A DNA stretch of 64,000 nucleotides from Octopus vulgaris. Taxonomy: Eukaryota. Both the position numbers and the translations under genes were made by a program. The notes under the pieces are model-generated. The model was not told where the DNA came from. It was given only the letters and a program-made list of their open reading frames with translations, and did no database searches. Shown in pieces: positions 1 to 13,100 of the stretch; the stretch's first letter is position 1; each line of letters opens with the position of its first letter. The stretch is from the NCBI GenBank assembly GCA_951406725.2, contig OX597816.1, forward strand, positions 22,196,001 to 22,260,000, read 5' to 3'.

Positions 1-1388
1 CTGCTGTGCGGTATATACATATGCTGTAATAGATAAATAACATTGAAGTGGTTAATTAATTAATAATCATTACACCAGAGTCTTACATATTTAACCACGT
101 ATAGTTAAATTCGGGGATATTATATGTTTCAATTTCTTGTTGTCCTACCAGATCGAATTAATATCACAATGGCATTTGTCTGATGCCTTTGTACAGGGAG
201 GACGTGTAAGTTTGTTTATTGTCCATTTCGTTTTGGCTCTGAGTGATTCGCAAACTATTTTCATGAAAGATTGCTATTGCAACAAAATCTGCGTGTAAGA
301 ATTCCACTATGGAACACAATTCATCAAGCCAAATCCAGCATAGAAATTTTAGACTTAAACTATTATTATACTAAAATGAAGTTCTTTAAGGGGTGTAAAA
401 ATTAAAAATAAATGTACTTTAAAAGTGTTAGAGGTTATAAGAATGTTACAATTTAATTATAGAAACTCTAATCGCGTCGTTTGTTTTGCTACCGACGTCC
501 GTTACAGAGCCGTAGTCATTCTATTTCTGGAGATTTCAAAGCAGACAACTAAACAAATTGTACTATTTGAGAGAAAACGATATCTATCATTAATAAATTA
601 TTTGAAATAATTTGAACTATTCTAATTATTTTAACGAAAGTAAATTCTCCCCATTATTTATATTTGGCGGATATTTGTCCTCATCTTGTTTGTTGTTAAC
701 ACGTTTCGGCTGATATACGCTCCAGCCTTCATCGAGTGTCTTGGGGGAAATTTTGAACCTGGGTTCTCATTCCTAAGGTATTTTTCGATATTATTATTAT
801 TCAGGTCACAGCCTGGAATAGAACTCGGAATCTTGCGGATAAGTAGCCCGCACTCTGTATTTTAGGGCTTATAAATCTAATATTTTTCAATCCTTCCTTA
901 ATACCAGTTCCCATATGCTGTTCATATCTGCACTCGGTCTGCTTCTGAGGTTGTTGTGTCCTAGCTTATGCGCTGCTTTTAGTTTTTGTATTTTCCAGTG
1001 GTGTTCTGTCTATTATTCTAACTTCATACCATTTTCCATACATGATCAGCTCTACCCGATTTATCAATATCTCCTCGTGTCACAGCTTTGTGATGTTCGT
1101 CTAACCTTATTTTGAGGGGGCGGCATGGTTCGCCTATGTATAATCTACCACAGTTGCATGGGATGGAGTTGACGCAGGTTTTGGTCATATTCTCTTCTAA
1201 TGGTGGTTTTACTCGAATGAGATATTTGCGAAGTGTTGTATTACTCTTGAAAACTGTTATTTGGGCCGCGTAGCTTTTGTATATTTTCGGAGAGGCCTTT
1301 CACATAGGGTAGACTGACTGTGGACTGTTTATTGACCTCATCCTCACTCCTCTCTTCTTCATAAATGGAGTGGATAATATACTTTTGG

Positions 1389-1729
1389 GCGCATGGCTCA
1401 ATTGGTTAGAGCGTCGAGTTTACGATCGTGAGGTTGTAAGTTTCATTTCCGGACCGGGCTGCGTGTTGTGTTCTTGAGCAAGACACTATATTTCACGTTG
1501 ATCCAGTTCACTTAGCTGTAGAAATGAGCTGTGATGTCACAGGTGGCAAGCTGTATCGGTCTTTACCTTGCCCTTGGATAACATTGGTGGCATGGAGAGG
1601 AGAGGCTGGTAGGCTTGGGTGACTGCTGGCCTGCTATAAACAACCTTGCCCTGACTTGCGCCTTGGAGAGTAACTTTATAGGTGCTATCCCCTGGTCATT
1701 CATGACCGAAGGGGGTCTCCCCCGCCTGG
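1389..1729 (+). mobile_element. tRNA-derived SINE inserted in the left PLE arm
   Basis: A-box GGCTCAATTGGTTAGAGCG and core TTGTGTTCTTGAGCAAGACAC. 11-bp TSD TATACTTTTGG at 1378-1388 and 1730-1740. Absent from the right arm. Confidence 0.88.
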
Positions 1730-1959
1730 TATACTTTTGGCGTAGTTGTTGCTTAAAAGATCGTTATTGAGCTTGATTATTTCTTCGTGTTATGTATCAC
1801 GATCGCTACTTATATTCTTTGTACGATGCTTTAGGCACTGAGCAATCCCTCTCTTTATACTGTATGGATGGTGGGAATTGAAGTTGAGGTATCGTTCAGT
1901 AAATGTCGGCTTGCGGTATACGGATGTCCTGAATCCATACTTGGTGCGTGTTAAAAAAA

Positions 1960-2751
1960 AAAGACAATCAGCCTGCATTCCTGGACATATTAATACCACG
2001 CACCAAATATGGATTCAGGACATCAGTATACCGCAAACCGACCTTTACTGGACGATACCTCAACTTCAACTCCCACCATCCATACAGTGTAAAGAGAGGG
2101 ATTGCTCAGTGCCTAAAATATCGTGCAAAGAATATAAGTAGCTATCGTTATAGACACCACAAAGAAATAATCAAACTCAATAACTATCTTTTAAGCAACA
2201 ACTACCCCAAAAGTATACTATCCACTCCCATTATGAAGAAGAGAGAGGATGAGGCCAATATTCTGTCCACAATGTGTCTACCCTATGTGAAAGGCCTCTA
2301 GGAAAAGATACAAAAGATATGCAGCCCATATGACATCAGGACAGTATTCAAGAGTAATGCAACACTTTGCAAATATCTCCGAGTAAAACCACCAATAGAA
2401 GAGAATATGTCCAAAGACTGCGTATATTACATCCCATGCAGCTGTGGTAGGTTATACAAAGCGAAACATGCCACCCCCTCAAAATAAGGGTAGACGAACA
2501 TTGCAAATCTGTGTCACGAGGAGATATTGATAAATCGAGTATAGCTGATCGTGTATGGAAAAATGGAGACCACCTCCACCTGTGTGATGAAGTTAGAATA
2601 ATAGACACATAGCACCACTGGAAAATACAAAAATTAAAAGAAGCAGCACATATGCTAGGACACAACAACCTCCTAAGCAGACTGAGTGCAGATAAGAGTA
2701 GCATATGGGAACCGGTATTAAGGAAGAATAGAAGAATATTAGATTTATAAG
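1960..2751 (+). pseudogene. PLE RT C-terminus/thumb plus GIY-YIG endonuclease, with stops and a frameshift
   Basis: Translates as FLDILI..GFRTSVYRKPTFTGRYLNFNSHHPYSVKRGIAQCL..NNYPKS..CLPYVKGL, then CVYYIPCSCGRLYK(G)ET..PLKIRVDEH..SSIAD..KLKEAAHM. These are the typical PLE thumb and GIY-YIG motifs. Confidence 0.9.
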
Positions 2752-2781
2752 CCCTAAAATTCACTCTATAATTGCCCATAT

Positions 2782-2852
2782 GCACATGACGTAGTGGTTA
2801 AGTGCGCGGGCTACTAAGCCCAAGATTCCGAGTTCTATTCCAGCCAGTGACC
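2782..2852 (+). promoter_or_regulatory. tRNA-like segment with Pol III A/B boxes inside PLE pLTR
   Basis: A-box-like TGACGTAGTGGTTAAG, anticodon-like stem-loop GGGCTACTAAGCCC, B-box-like GAGTTCTATTCC. The 3' part is also present in the inverted arm (~801-853). Confidence 0.65.
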
Positions 2853-2941
2853 TGAATAATACTTATAATAATAATAATAATAATAATAATAACATCGAAA
2901 ACTAGCTTATGAATGAGAACCCAGGTTCGAAATTTCCCCAG

Positions 2942-2987
2942 GACACCTGATGAAGGCTGGTGGGTATATCAGCCTAAACGTTCAGTT
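2942..2987 (+). ncRNA. Degenerate minimal type-I hammerhead ribozyme in PLE pLTR
   Basis: GACAC-CTGATGA-AGGCTG..CAGCC-(T)AAACGTT. The inverted copy at 698-740 keeps GAAAC but has TCGATGA, so the consensus of the two arms restores the HHR core. Confidence 0.7.
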
Positions 2988-4764
2988 AACAGCAAACAAG
3001 ATGAGGACAAATATCCGTCAAATGTAAATAATGTACATAATTCCTCATCTCTTAAATGTAGAACTGTAAATTCTCTCATGGTAATCTTTTCTACACCCGG
3101 TGCAAAGTCTCTTATTTTGGAAGAGATGCATATCGCCTATATCGACCCCAGGATGTAATTTTAACATATAGCGACCTCAAATCGATGAAATTCAAAGTAC
3201 ATATGGTGATTTTATTATGTAAATACGGACGAAATTTCGCTAAGCATTTTGTCCGACACGCTAACCATTCTGCTAGTTGGCTGCTATAAATAATACAAGT
3301 TTCCACTTTAGACAAACACTTTTGAGGTATAATTTAGTCCACACCATCGACCCAAGTAATTGAATGACACTTTAATTTTTACATCGTAAACGGATGAAAA
3401 GTAAAAATAAAATTGGCGTAATTTGAAATTAGACCGAAAAGTAAAAGAAATATCGCAAGGCATTTTCCCCAGACGCGCCACAAATTCAGCAAAAAATAAA
3501 AGTGTCAATATGAATAGCATTTTTACGGCGGCGAGATGGTAGAATCGTTAGTATGCTGGGCAAAATGCTTAGTGGCATTTTGTCCTTCTCTACGTTCTTG
3601 GGTCAAATTTCACTCATTTGAGTACTGAGCCCATTCAATCAACATATCACCTTCCCCGAACTTGCTGGGCTTGTGATAAAAATTTGAGGCGAATATGTAT
3701 ACTCATTTTCAATATTTCATATTTTGAAATATATAACTTATAAAAATGATACAGAAAAGAAACAGTTGTCAGCATATAAAACCTAAAAACTAACAAATGA
3801 AAGCTTCAGAAGAAAAAATAACGTCCACAAAATGTATAAGCAAGGTAAAGTGACCATAGATTCCGGATCCTTGCACAACATCTTTCGCACGGATTCCTAT
3901 CCATTATCTTCAGCACGACGCATAACATTCCTAGCTTCTATTTCCAGTGCGGATAACAACACTCACAAAGTGTGTTAATATAACAATTCACTCAATGAAT
4001 GAATTGCAATATTTTTTCAGTATCCAGAGGACGTATACTTATCGACCTCTTCTACAGACTATTGTACTCGATCTAAGCTTTTGTAATTTATGATCAACTA
4101 TTTTGATTTTTGATAACGGTATATCGATTTTCTAACAAAGATTTTCCACTCTAATATCTTGACAATGGATATCAATACACGACTTCCGGTGAACGCTACC
4201 ATTATTATGTAATCTTTATATTTCACGAATGATTAAATTGTTCATATAACTGGAGCCAGGTCAAAGATAAGCATTCACGATTCGTTTTGTTTTTTAATTG
4301 GTGTTTCTTTCGCTGGATCATTCAGTTAGAAGTTGCGTTAATAATTCAAACACTCCAGTCTAAATTGGATATCTATGTTTCACATTTTAAAAATAACTTT
4401 TCACTTGACTGTAAATACATAGTGGTTTGGTGTTGTCTACTAGTTTTTATTTCGTGAATTCGATTTCTCGACGTGTTCTTGTGCTGTGGCCTTGAGTAAC
4501 ACGGTTTATTTCACGTGGCCCTAGCTGACTCAAATGAAAATATTTACCAGCCCTGTGCTAACGCGGCCCTTTATTCGTTATTTATATTCTGGATCATTAC
4601 CAAGGGGATTATTGTTCGCGACTATATAGACACCTATAAACGTGCAAATGCATAGTACACGTTACATGCTACACACACTCGCTTACAAGAAACAAATATA
4701 CAGATATTACAAGTATTCGACGGAAACCAGTTACGTTTTGCATATTTATATTCATATAAATATG

Positions 4765-5176
4765 GGCGCAGGAGTGGCTGTGTGGTAATTAGCTTGCTAA
4801 CCAACCACATGGTTGCGGGTTCAGTCCCACTGCGTGGCATCTTGGGCAAGTGTCTTCTGCTATAGCCCCAGGCCGACCAATGCCTTGTGAGTGGATTTGG
4901 TAGACGGAAATTGAAAGAAGCCTGTCGTATATATGTATATATATATGTGTGTGTGCGTGTGTTTGCGTGTCTGTGTTTGTCCCCCTAGCATTGCTTGAAA
5001 ACCGATGCTGGTGTGTTTACGTCCCCGTCACTTAGCGGTTCGGCAAAAGAGACCGATAGAATAAGTACTGGGCTTACAAAGAATAAGTCCCGGGGTCGAT
5101 TTGATCGACTAAAGGCGGTGCTCCAGCATGGCTGCAGTCAAATGACTGAAACAAGTAAAAGAGTAAAAGAGAGAGT
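4765..5176 (+). mobile_element. SINE family A (tRNA-derived, internal TA/TG microsatellite), full length
   Basis: GGCGCAGGAGTGGCTGTGTGGTAA head, GGGTTCAGTCCC B-box, GAAACAAGTAAAAGAG tail. About 10 homologous copies in the window. Confidence 0.9.
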
Positions 5177-5779
5177 ATAAGTTATCGATTTCTGAGTTAA
5201 TTGAAATACAAAAGCATTTTTTGTCTTTTGCAATATTTCCTTGTAGTAAAATATTTTTGATCGGACGCAGTGTAAGCAGCGTCGGGTTTCGAAGCTTTTA
5301 CAAGTTGACACATCCCATATGAATTATTTTCTTGATAGCTCCGTAATCTAACTAGAAAATCAAAACGGTTATTTTTACCTTACGGTGCTTAACTGCAATA
5401 AAACTAAGGAATACTTGGAGAATTATTTAAAACCCAGTATTACCAGGAACGTGATCTACGCGAATAGACAGATGTTATTTGATTAGAGTGACTGCAGGTC
5501 GTAATAGAATCAGATCTTTTTTTCTATAGATCTTATACAATGTCTTTTCCGAGTATATATCATCCTATCCACGATTGTTTAATGATCGTGCCTAGTGTCT
5601 AATGTTTCATGTTCCCGCATTTCTTCCACTGTAAACAATATAAACAATATAATAATTCATTTCCTCATAGGAGCAATTCAACATCAATGATACCGTTTAC
5701 ACTCTTTCGAAAAGAAAAAAAAATGACTGGTTATTTCTATTAGAAATATGATTATTTTTTCTTTGTATCTGATAATTAT

Positions 5780-7085
5780 TAATATAATTATCATTTCCTT
5801 TTATTTGGGTTTTGTTGGAACTTCAGTGTTCTTTCATAAATATTGTGCTTGCTCCCAGCATTTTACAGTACCATGCTATTTCTTCCTTTCAAATCTTTAA
5901 TATTTTCGTGACCATTCTGGCCGTGATGATGAGGAAAACATTTTGAACCAGATCTACCGGACACTCTATTATCATTTTCTTGTTGTTCCTCTGAGTATCT
6001 CGTGATTACTCTTCATAAGGCCCTAATAATACTCGGCATTATCTTCACATCGTTTCTTCCTCCACAGTCGTCTTACGCCATATTTAAGAGGACTGAATAC
6101 GTTTATTTTCTCATCTTCCTTCTTAGGGAGTCGAATTGGAATGCAGCATCAATTATAGAGCGCACGTGGTTTACTCCGTCCACCTCCGCTACGTCCGGTT
6201 TGTTGCACTCAAGTATCTGGTCCGTTTCAGTTAGGAAATCCCTCGGGGTTCAGCAAGTTTTCGTCTCAGACACCCTCTGAGTTTCGTGGTTTTATGTGTC
6301 TTACCTTTCTCAAACCCATGTATTCCAACCAGTTTCCAATGCAGAACGTTTGGTACCACGTCATGTTGCCCTAACGTAAACTGGTTTTCGGCAGGGTTTG
6401 GAGATTCATATACAAAATAGAAAAGAATTTCATCAAATCTTTTGTATATTCAGCACAATGGAGCCAGTTGCTCCTTTCTAATACTGCTCCTCAAATTTGT
6501 GGCTTAAACTTGGTCTTGTGCTACAAGTATAGTGCTCTTAGGCTCCTCTTTAAGAGAACATTTCTTTAACCAATCCAACCGATATTTTCCAGAAACTTAT
6601 GTTCTGGCTACATGGAATTAATTGTGTAGTTCCTTGTTAAGTCGTGATTCTTCATGTCCATCTCGTATTTCTCGTTTTATTTTCCTCTTCCCCGCTTTTA
6701 ATATGCCCTCTTCCTCTAACTGCCACTAGCAAGGTTTCTTCAGTTTTCATTAAATATCACAGAAAGTTCCAATGTTCAATATTCACGCAGGCTTCCACAT
6801 TTATCAGTCTTCTTTTTCCATTTGTTCATTTCCTCTATGGATGACCAATATCTGTACGTAGATAATGAGTTCCATGCATGCTTAGAGGCTTTATTTTGTT
6901 CTTGTCCAACTCATTCCGAACCCTTGAAACTGCACGCGAGTTTATTACCGAATTAATGCTTCCGAATTCCACTTTGAAATCCAATATCTTTCTTAATCGC
7001 CGCAAATATTCTTTCTTTGTCTCTTCTTTCGTATCATCGTGCTTAATTCCGTCTGCCTTGAGGACACCCAGATATTTATGATGCA
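5780..7085 (-). pseudogene. Decayed R4/Dong-type (restriction-like endonuclease) non-LTR retrotransposon, 3' part
   Basis: KYLGVLKADGIKHDDTKEETKKEYLRRLRKIL..INSRAVSRVR (post-RT region) and a downstream HDVVPNVLHWKL motif. Many disablements; the left boundary is approximate. Confidence 0.65.
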
Positions 7086-7496
7086 CCAACACCGCCTCCA
7101 ACAACAGACGAACAACCATTGTCAAAAGTATGATCATCACCAATACCACCTCCACCAACAATAACCAGGGCTAGCACCAGGAACAAGTACCATCAACATT
7201 TTAAACACAAGTAAAACCTACCTGACACAAACAGCATCAAGGACATCGCCTCAAAACGAAAAAAATAGGAAATTATTTATTGCACAAATATACATATATA
7301 TCAACATCAAAATTTAACTGAAGCACATGTATCGACGTAAATATCACACAGGGATACAAACTCACAACAGAAAAATAGCAACCATTGTCCACACAGATTT
7401 TCGAAATTTGTACCCACATTAGAAATAATTAGAAAAATCGTCATCATCACGACCATCACCATCATCATCATCACCACCACCACCACTATTATTATT

Positions 7497-7965
7497 AAGA
7501 CGGCGAGCCGGCAGAAACGTTAGCACGCCGGGCGAAATGCTAAGCGGTTTTTCGTCTGCCGTTACGTTCTGAGTTCAAATTCCGCCGAGGTCGGCTTTGA
7601 CATTCATCATTTCGGCGTCTCTAAATTAAGTACCAGTTGCGTACTGGAGTCGATGTAATCGACTATCCTCCTCCCTCAAATTCCAGTCCTTGTACCTATG
7701 GTAGAATGGGTTATTATTATTGTTTTACTTCTCAGAGCGCTCGGTCTTGTTTGCTCTGGTTGATTCTGTGAAAGCGGACAGCAGGTTGTTGTCAAAGGTT
7801 TTACAGGGTCTCTGTCCACACATTATAAGCTTTCATAATTGGTTGTTAACTATCATGGAAGACCTCCAACACCAAGGTACCAATCTCAGAATCCTAGCTG
7901 TCCCCACCAGATCAGTTTTGGGGGCTTGCTCTGCTTTTCTGTCAATTCTATTATTATCATTATTA

Positions 7966-8006
<41 letters not shown>

Positions 8007-8677
8007 AAGGCGGGGAGCTGGCAGAATTATTAGCACGTCGGGGAAAATGTTTAACGGTATTTCGTCTGTCTTTACATTTTGAATTCAAATTCCGCCGATG
8101 TCGATTTTGCGTTTCATCCCTTTCGGGGTCGATAAATTAAGTACCAATAGAACACTGGGATCGATGAAATCCACTGCCCCACCTCACCAACAGTTTGAGG
8201 CCTCGTGCCTATAGTAAAAAGGATTATTACTATTATTATTAGTAGTAGCAGTATTAAGGCAGTGAACTGGTAGAATCGTTAGAGCGCTGAACCAAATGCT
8301 TAGCGGTATTTCGCCCGTTGCCACGTTCTGATTTCAAATTCAGCCAAAGTCGACTTTGCCTTTTATCCTTTCTGAGTCGATAAATTAAGTGCCAGTGTAA
8401 CACTGGGGCGGGGTAACGATGTAATTGATTATATCCTCTCGCAAATTTCAGTCCTTGTAACTAGAGTAGACAGAATTATCATTATTATGAAGGCGGCGAG
8501 GTGGCAGCATCCTTAGCACGTTAGTTCACGCTTAGAGTTCAAATTACGCGGAAGTCGACTTTACCTTTCACCCTTTCGGGTGGATAAATTAAGTACCAGT
8601 GAAATACTGGGATCGACGTGGTCGACTAATCACCTGTCCAAAAATTTCAGGCCTTGTGCCTTTAATAGAAAGGATTG
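7497..8677 (+). mobile_element. Cluster of four SINE family C copies separated by (ATT)n
   Basis: Copies at ~7497-7712, 8007-8225, 8256-8478 and 8490-8677. Head AAGGCGGCGAGCTGGCAGAA, B-box GAGTTCAAATTCC, core GCCTTTCATCCTTTCGGGGTCGATAAATTAAGTACC (resembles the MetaSINE central domain). Confidence 0.88.
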
Positions 8678-9623
8678 TTAATACTCGAAGCGGTAGTGGT
8701 TGTAGTAGAAGCAGCATCCGCAGCGCCGATTCAACGGTTTCTTTTGTTTTTAGACACAAAATATTAGTAAAAGTAGGTACTAATTACATATTACTGTTTT
8801 TGAAACCGTTAACATAGTTATACAAAGGATGTAAAATTTGTGGAAAGCGAGAAACGATTGCTAATCAATAATGTGCTTCATAAATTATACAGTAACAAAA
8901 CGTGTATACACAAACGCACTTGCACACACACACAAACACACACGTATACATATACGTACAAATATACGTATACATATGTATATATATATTCTTTTGCTCT
9001 GATTTTTTTGAAATCCCGATATCAGCCCTCATTCCCATGAGCTGAATGGTTAGCGCATAACATACATAACAGACGTTTGCCTTGTGAATTTGCGCCGTTG
9101 AATTTACGTAAGAAATTATCGTTAATCTGTAATCCATAAATAATACACAATAACATTTCTCCTGGGCAAGTAAGATTTGTTTTTATGAGATCTTGAGAAA
9201 TTAGGGATTTGATGATGGAACTAATTTTGTATAAGCAGCATCAAAAAATACGTCAGTGATATCCTGGGATTTGTGGGTAGATATTTTAGTTTATAAATTT
9301 GAGAGCAGTTAGAGATATCTTCATTGTTGGATGTTAGTCTCCATCATGAGGACGCTAATGAGAATTGTTAAAAAGATTAGAGTCCCAAAGTTTATTATTA
9401 ACAAAATTATTCTTAAGCAAAAGACTTTTGTTCAGATCTAACAGTGATTATGCATTCATGTCTCTTACATTACTTATGTAAAATTGCTACCTACCACTAT
9501 ACGAGAGAAACATAAAAATTTAGATTTCTCAGCATTGACGAATGAAGTTAATAAGCGGTGATAATTATATTGTCCTCCATATTAAACATTACAAATGAAG
9601 AATTGTTTTTATTAGTGTTACAA

Positions 9624-10184
9624 GGCGTAGGATTGGCTGTGTGGTAAGTAGCTTGCTCACCAACCAATTGGTTCCGGGTTTAGTCCCACTGCGTGGCATC
9701 TTGGGCAACTGTCTTCTACTATAGCCTCGGGCCAACCAAAGCCTTGTGAATGGATTTGGTAAACGGAAACTGAAAGAAGCCCGTCGTATGTATGTATGTA
9801 TGTGTGTATGTATGTATATACTAGCAGTATCGCCCGGCGTTGCTCGGGTTTGTAAGGGAAATAACTATAAAGCATTTTTAGAGAGTTATAGCCAAAAATA
9901 GCAAATAAATGGGGAATAAAATGATGGTAATTTTTTTTTTAGTTAAAAAGGTCGAGTTGCGTCCCCTAGACAGTCTGTGGTTTGTGTTTCTGATTCTCGA
10001 CCCCATGTCGAATTTATCGATTTTTTCAGAACTGGGGGAACTTTTCAAAATTTTCGCTGCGTTAGTTTTGAATTATGACATTGGGCTATGTGTGTGTCAA
10101 GTTTCATCAGAATCGGTTGAAAGCCGTGGTCACGGTGAGGGTACAACCTAACAGACACACAGAAACACACACAGACAAACTGCC

Positions 10185-10234
<50 letters not shown>

Positions 10235-10410
10235 GTGTGTGTATGTATGTGTGTGTTTGTCCCCCCAACATCGCTTGACAACAGATGGTGGTGTGTTTAT
10301 GTCACCGTAACTTTGCGACTCGGCAAAGAATAAGTCCTGGGGTCGATTTGCTCGACTAAAGGCGATGCTCCATCATGGCTGCAGTCAAATAACTGAAACG
10401 AGTAAAAGAG
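9624..10410 (+). mobile_element. SINE family A interrupted by a Helitron in its microsatellite
   Basis: The 5' half (9624-9820) and 3' half (~10230-10410) match 4765-5176. Confidence 0.85.
9821..10190 (-). mobile_element. Non-autonomous Helitron
   Basis: The minus-strand 3' end is CTAG (9821-9824), preceded by hairpin CCCGGCGTTGCTCGGG. It shares its terminal ~120 bp with 21939-22338. No TSD. Confidence 0.75.
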
Positions 10411-10584
10411 TATGGCACTGTGTATTTATTTCCTAGACATTTAAATAAACTCTTCAATATACAGTATATTATATTTTATTATTATATGACTCCTATTCCT
10501 GTGAGTACGATGAAACCTATACTTCACTGTGGAGGTCATACGAAGACAGAAATTCACCATGTGCTCAAATACTACTGGTTTCAG

Positions 10585-10972
10585 TGGAGGCGCAATGGCC
10601 CAGTGGTTAGGGCAGCGGACTCGCGGTCACAGGATCGCGGTTTCGATTCCCAGACCGGGCGTTGTGAGTGTTTATTGAGCGAAAACACCTAAAAGCTCCA
10701 CGAGGCTCCGGCAGGGGATGGTGGTGATCCCTGCTGTACTCTTACACCACAACTTTCTCTCACTCTTACTTCCTGTTTCTGTTGTACCTGTATTTTAAAT
10801 GGCCGGCCTTGTCACTCTCTGTGTCACGCTGAATATCCCCGAGAACTACGTTAAGGGTACACGTGTCTGTGGAGTGCTCAGCCACTTACACGTTAATTTC
10901 ACGAGCAGGCTGTTCCGTTGATTCGGATTAACCGGAACCCTCGTCGTCGTAACCGACGGAGTGCTTCCATCC
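10585..10972 (+). mobile_element. SINE family B (tRNA-derived, probably octopus OR-type), full length
   Basis: GGCCCAGTGGTTAGGGC A-box and GGTTTCGATTCCC B-box. 14-bp TSD ACTACTGGTTTCAG at 10571-10584 and 10973-10986. Confidence 0.92.
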
Positions 10973-11925
10973 ACTACTGGTTTCAGATTTTGGCAAAAGA
11001 CCAGCGATTTCAGCGTGGCTGGTAAGTCAAATTCACTGACCCCACTGCTAAACTTCTACGTATTTGATTGATCGTACTTACCTCACTAATTCAAACGGGC
11101 AAAAAGCAAAGTCAACCTCGGCTGAAGTTGAGCCCAGAATATAAATTCGAACGAAATGGCGTTAAGAATTTATCCCGGCGGGTTAACGATTCTGCGCCTT
11201 AATTGAAATAATAGTAATATTTAGTTACAAAAGTTCTACTCGGAGTTTTAATGCGCTTTGCATTAAATAATTTTAGGACTTTAATGAATGATCAGAAAAG
11301 AAATATTAAAATGTGTCTCTTTAACGTGTTGGATCAATTTAACCGAACTGGACAATACATAAGTTGTTATATAGGCTTGGGGCCAAAAGCTGAATGTTCA
11401 ATTAAGAAATTTCTAATTTACGAAGTCTGAGACTGCTGATGTGTGTCTGTGTCTACGATACAATTATGTCTGCCTTTATGTAAGTTGATATTACTGCACA
11501 GCATACTTAATTTTCAGTATATTGCAAACAAATTCGCAGACATATCCACTTATTGATTTACCCAGATCATTCTATCTTTGAGGCTACATCAAAACAATCC
11601 CAATGTTTAATGCAACATCTGTTTCTTCACTGACGAGACACAAGGAAGAATTTAAATAAACGTTTCTGTCCTCTTTTGAAGGCCAAGCATCTATAACGTT
11701 AGTATCCCACTTGCACGGTAAACACGCTATCAACAATCAACGAAATTTCGTCAGTTTTCGATGTTTACTTTAAAATTGCTGATAATACAATAAATGATAT
11801 CAGAATTTGCTGATAATACAAATACAATAAATAAACATAAATGTTTTAATAATAATAATGATTTTTTAACATAGGCACAATGCTTACACAAAGTTTTTAA
11901 TCATAACACAGATAATATATCTCGG

Positions 11926-12175
11926 TATATATATATATATGTATGCGAATGTATGTATACATATATATATATATATATATGCGAATGTATGTATATATAT
12001 ATATATGCGAATGTATGTATATATATATATATATATGCGAATGTATGTATATATATATATATATGCGAATGTATGTATATATATATATATGCGAATGAAT
12101 GTATATATATATATATATATATGCGAATGTATGTATATATATATATGTGTGTGTCTGTGTGTATGCGATTGTATG
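11926..12175. repeat. Compound minisatellite, unit (TA)n-TGCGAATGTATG
   Basis: About 8 repeats of GCGAATGTATG separated by variable (TA)n. Confidence 0.9.
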
Positions 12176-13032
12176 TATAAGCATGTATATATACATATGG
12201 GCATATCTATATAAGTAAACATACATACAGATGGAAAATGTGGGGAAGCTAGTGAAAATTCTCTCCCATCTATGTAAACGTGTTACAAGATTCCTGCCAA
12301 GTTGCCCTCTATCTGGGTAAATATCTATACCAAAAAGCAAATAACCATCTGCAGATCTCTTGTTATTTTCGTTTCTACATTTTCTTTGTTTTATATATAT
12401 ATATATAATATGTGTTATTTTCGTTTCTACATTTCTTTGTTTTATATATATATATATAATATGTGTGTGTGTTTTCTTTTCTATTCAAAAATTCTTATCG
12501 AGAAAGTAGTATTTTTTATATCTTTAATTTATTTTGCTTTATTTTTCATGGAGATTTTGTTGCAGTACTTGCTAAATGAAAATTTATTTATTGTTCAATA
12601 ATATAACTTTCAAAAGTCGATATCTGATAAGAATATTTAAGCTTACACACGGTCGGCAAAAAAATATCAAATATTATTTTCACTGCAACGATTCAAATGT
12701 TATCCTGAATATTGTTGTAAAACAATAACACACAAACACTCACAAAATACTCACACTTACAGTCAGAGGGAGGGAGAGAGAGAGAGAGAGAGAAAACAAA
12801 AGCAAAAACGTGAATGAATAAATATATAATGTTGCTTAATCCAATTGTGTGAGATGAAAGTAAATATCTGGCGGGAAATCGTTATCGTACTCCGCTCTTT
12901 TCATAATGAAACACTTTGTGAAGAATAAAAAGAAAACACACACACATACACTATAATCTTTTATACTACGCAACATTAAAAGACCACTAAAAGCCGTACA
13001 CATAGTTTTACATAGTCACACGTACACACATA

Positions 13033-13100
<68 letters not shown>

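Larger units (their letters stand above)
652..3065. mobile_element. Penelope-like retroelement (Penelope/Poseidon type), 5'-truncated, with a long inverted arm
   Basis: The left arm (652-~1950, minus) is the reverse complement of the right arm (~1975-3033, plus). The direct repeat GTAAATTCTC at 640-649 and 3066-3075 fits a TSD. The right arm has a 32-nt extra tail (3034-3065). Confidence 0.92.

Noticed and set aside
10585-10660. tRNA gene candidates at SINE heads
   Set aside because: They run on into multi-copy SINE bodies with TSDs, and I see no complete cloverleaf with a terminator.
11926-12175. CRISPR-like repeat/spacer appearance
   Set aside because: Spacers are (TA)n, the repeat is ~12 nt, there are no cas genes, and the context is eukaryotic.
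12365-12464. 54-bp tandem duplication
   Set aside because: Ordinary slippage next to a (TA) tract.
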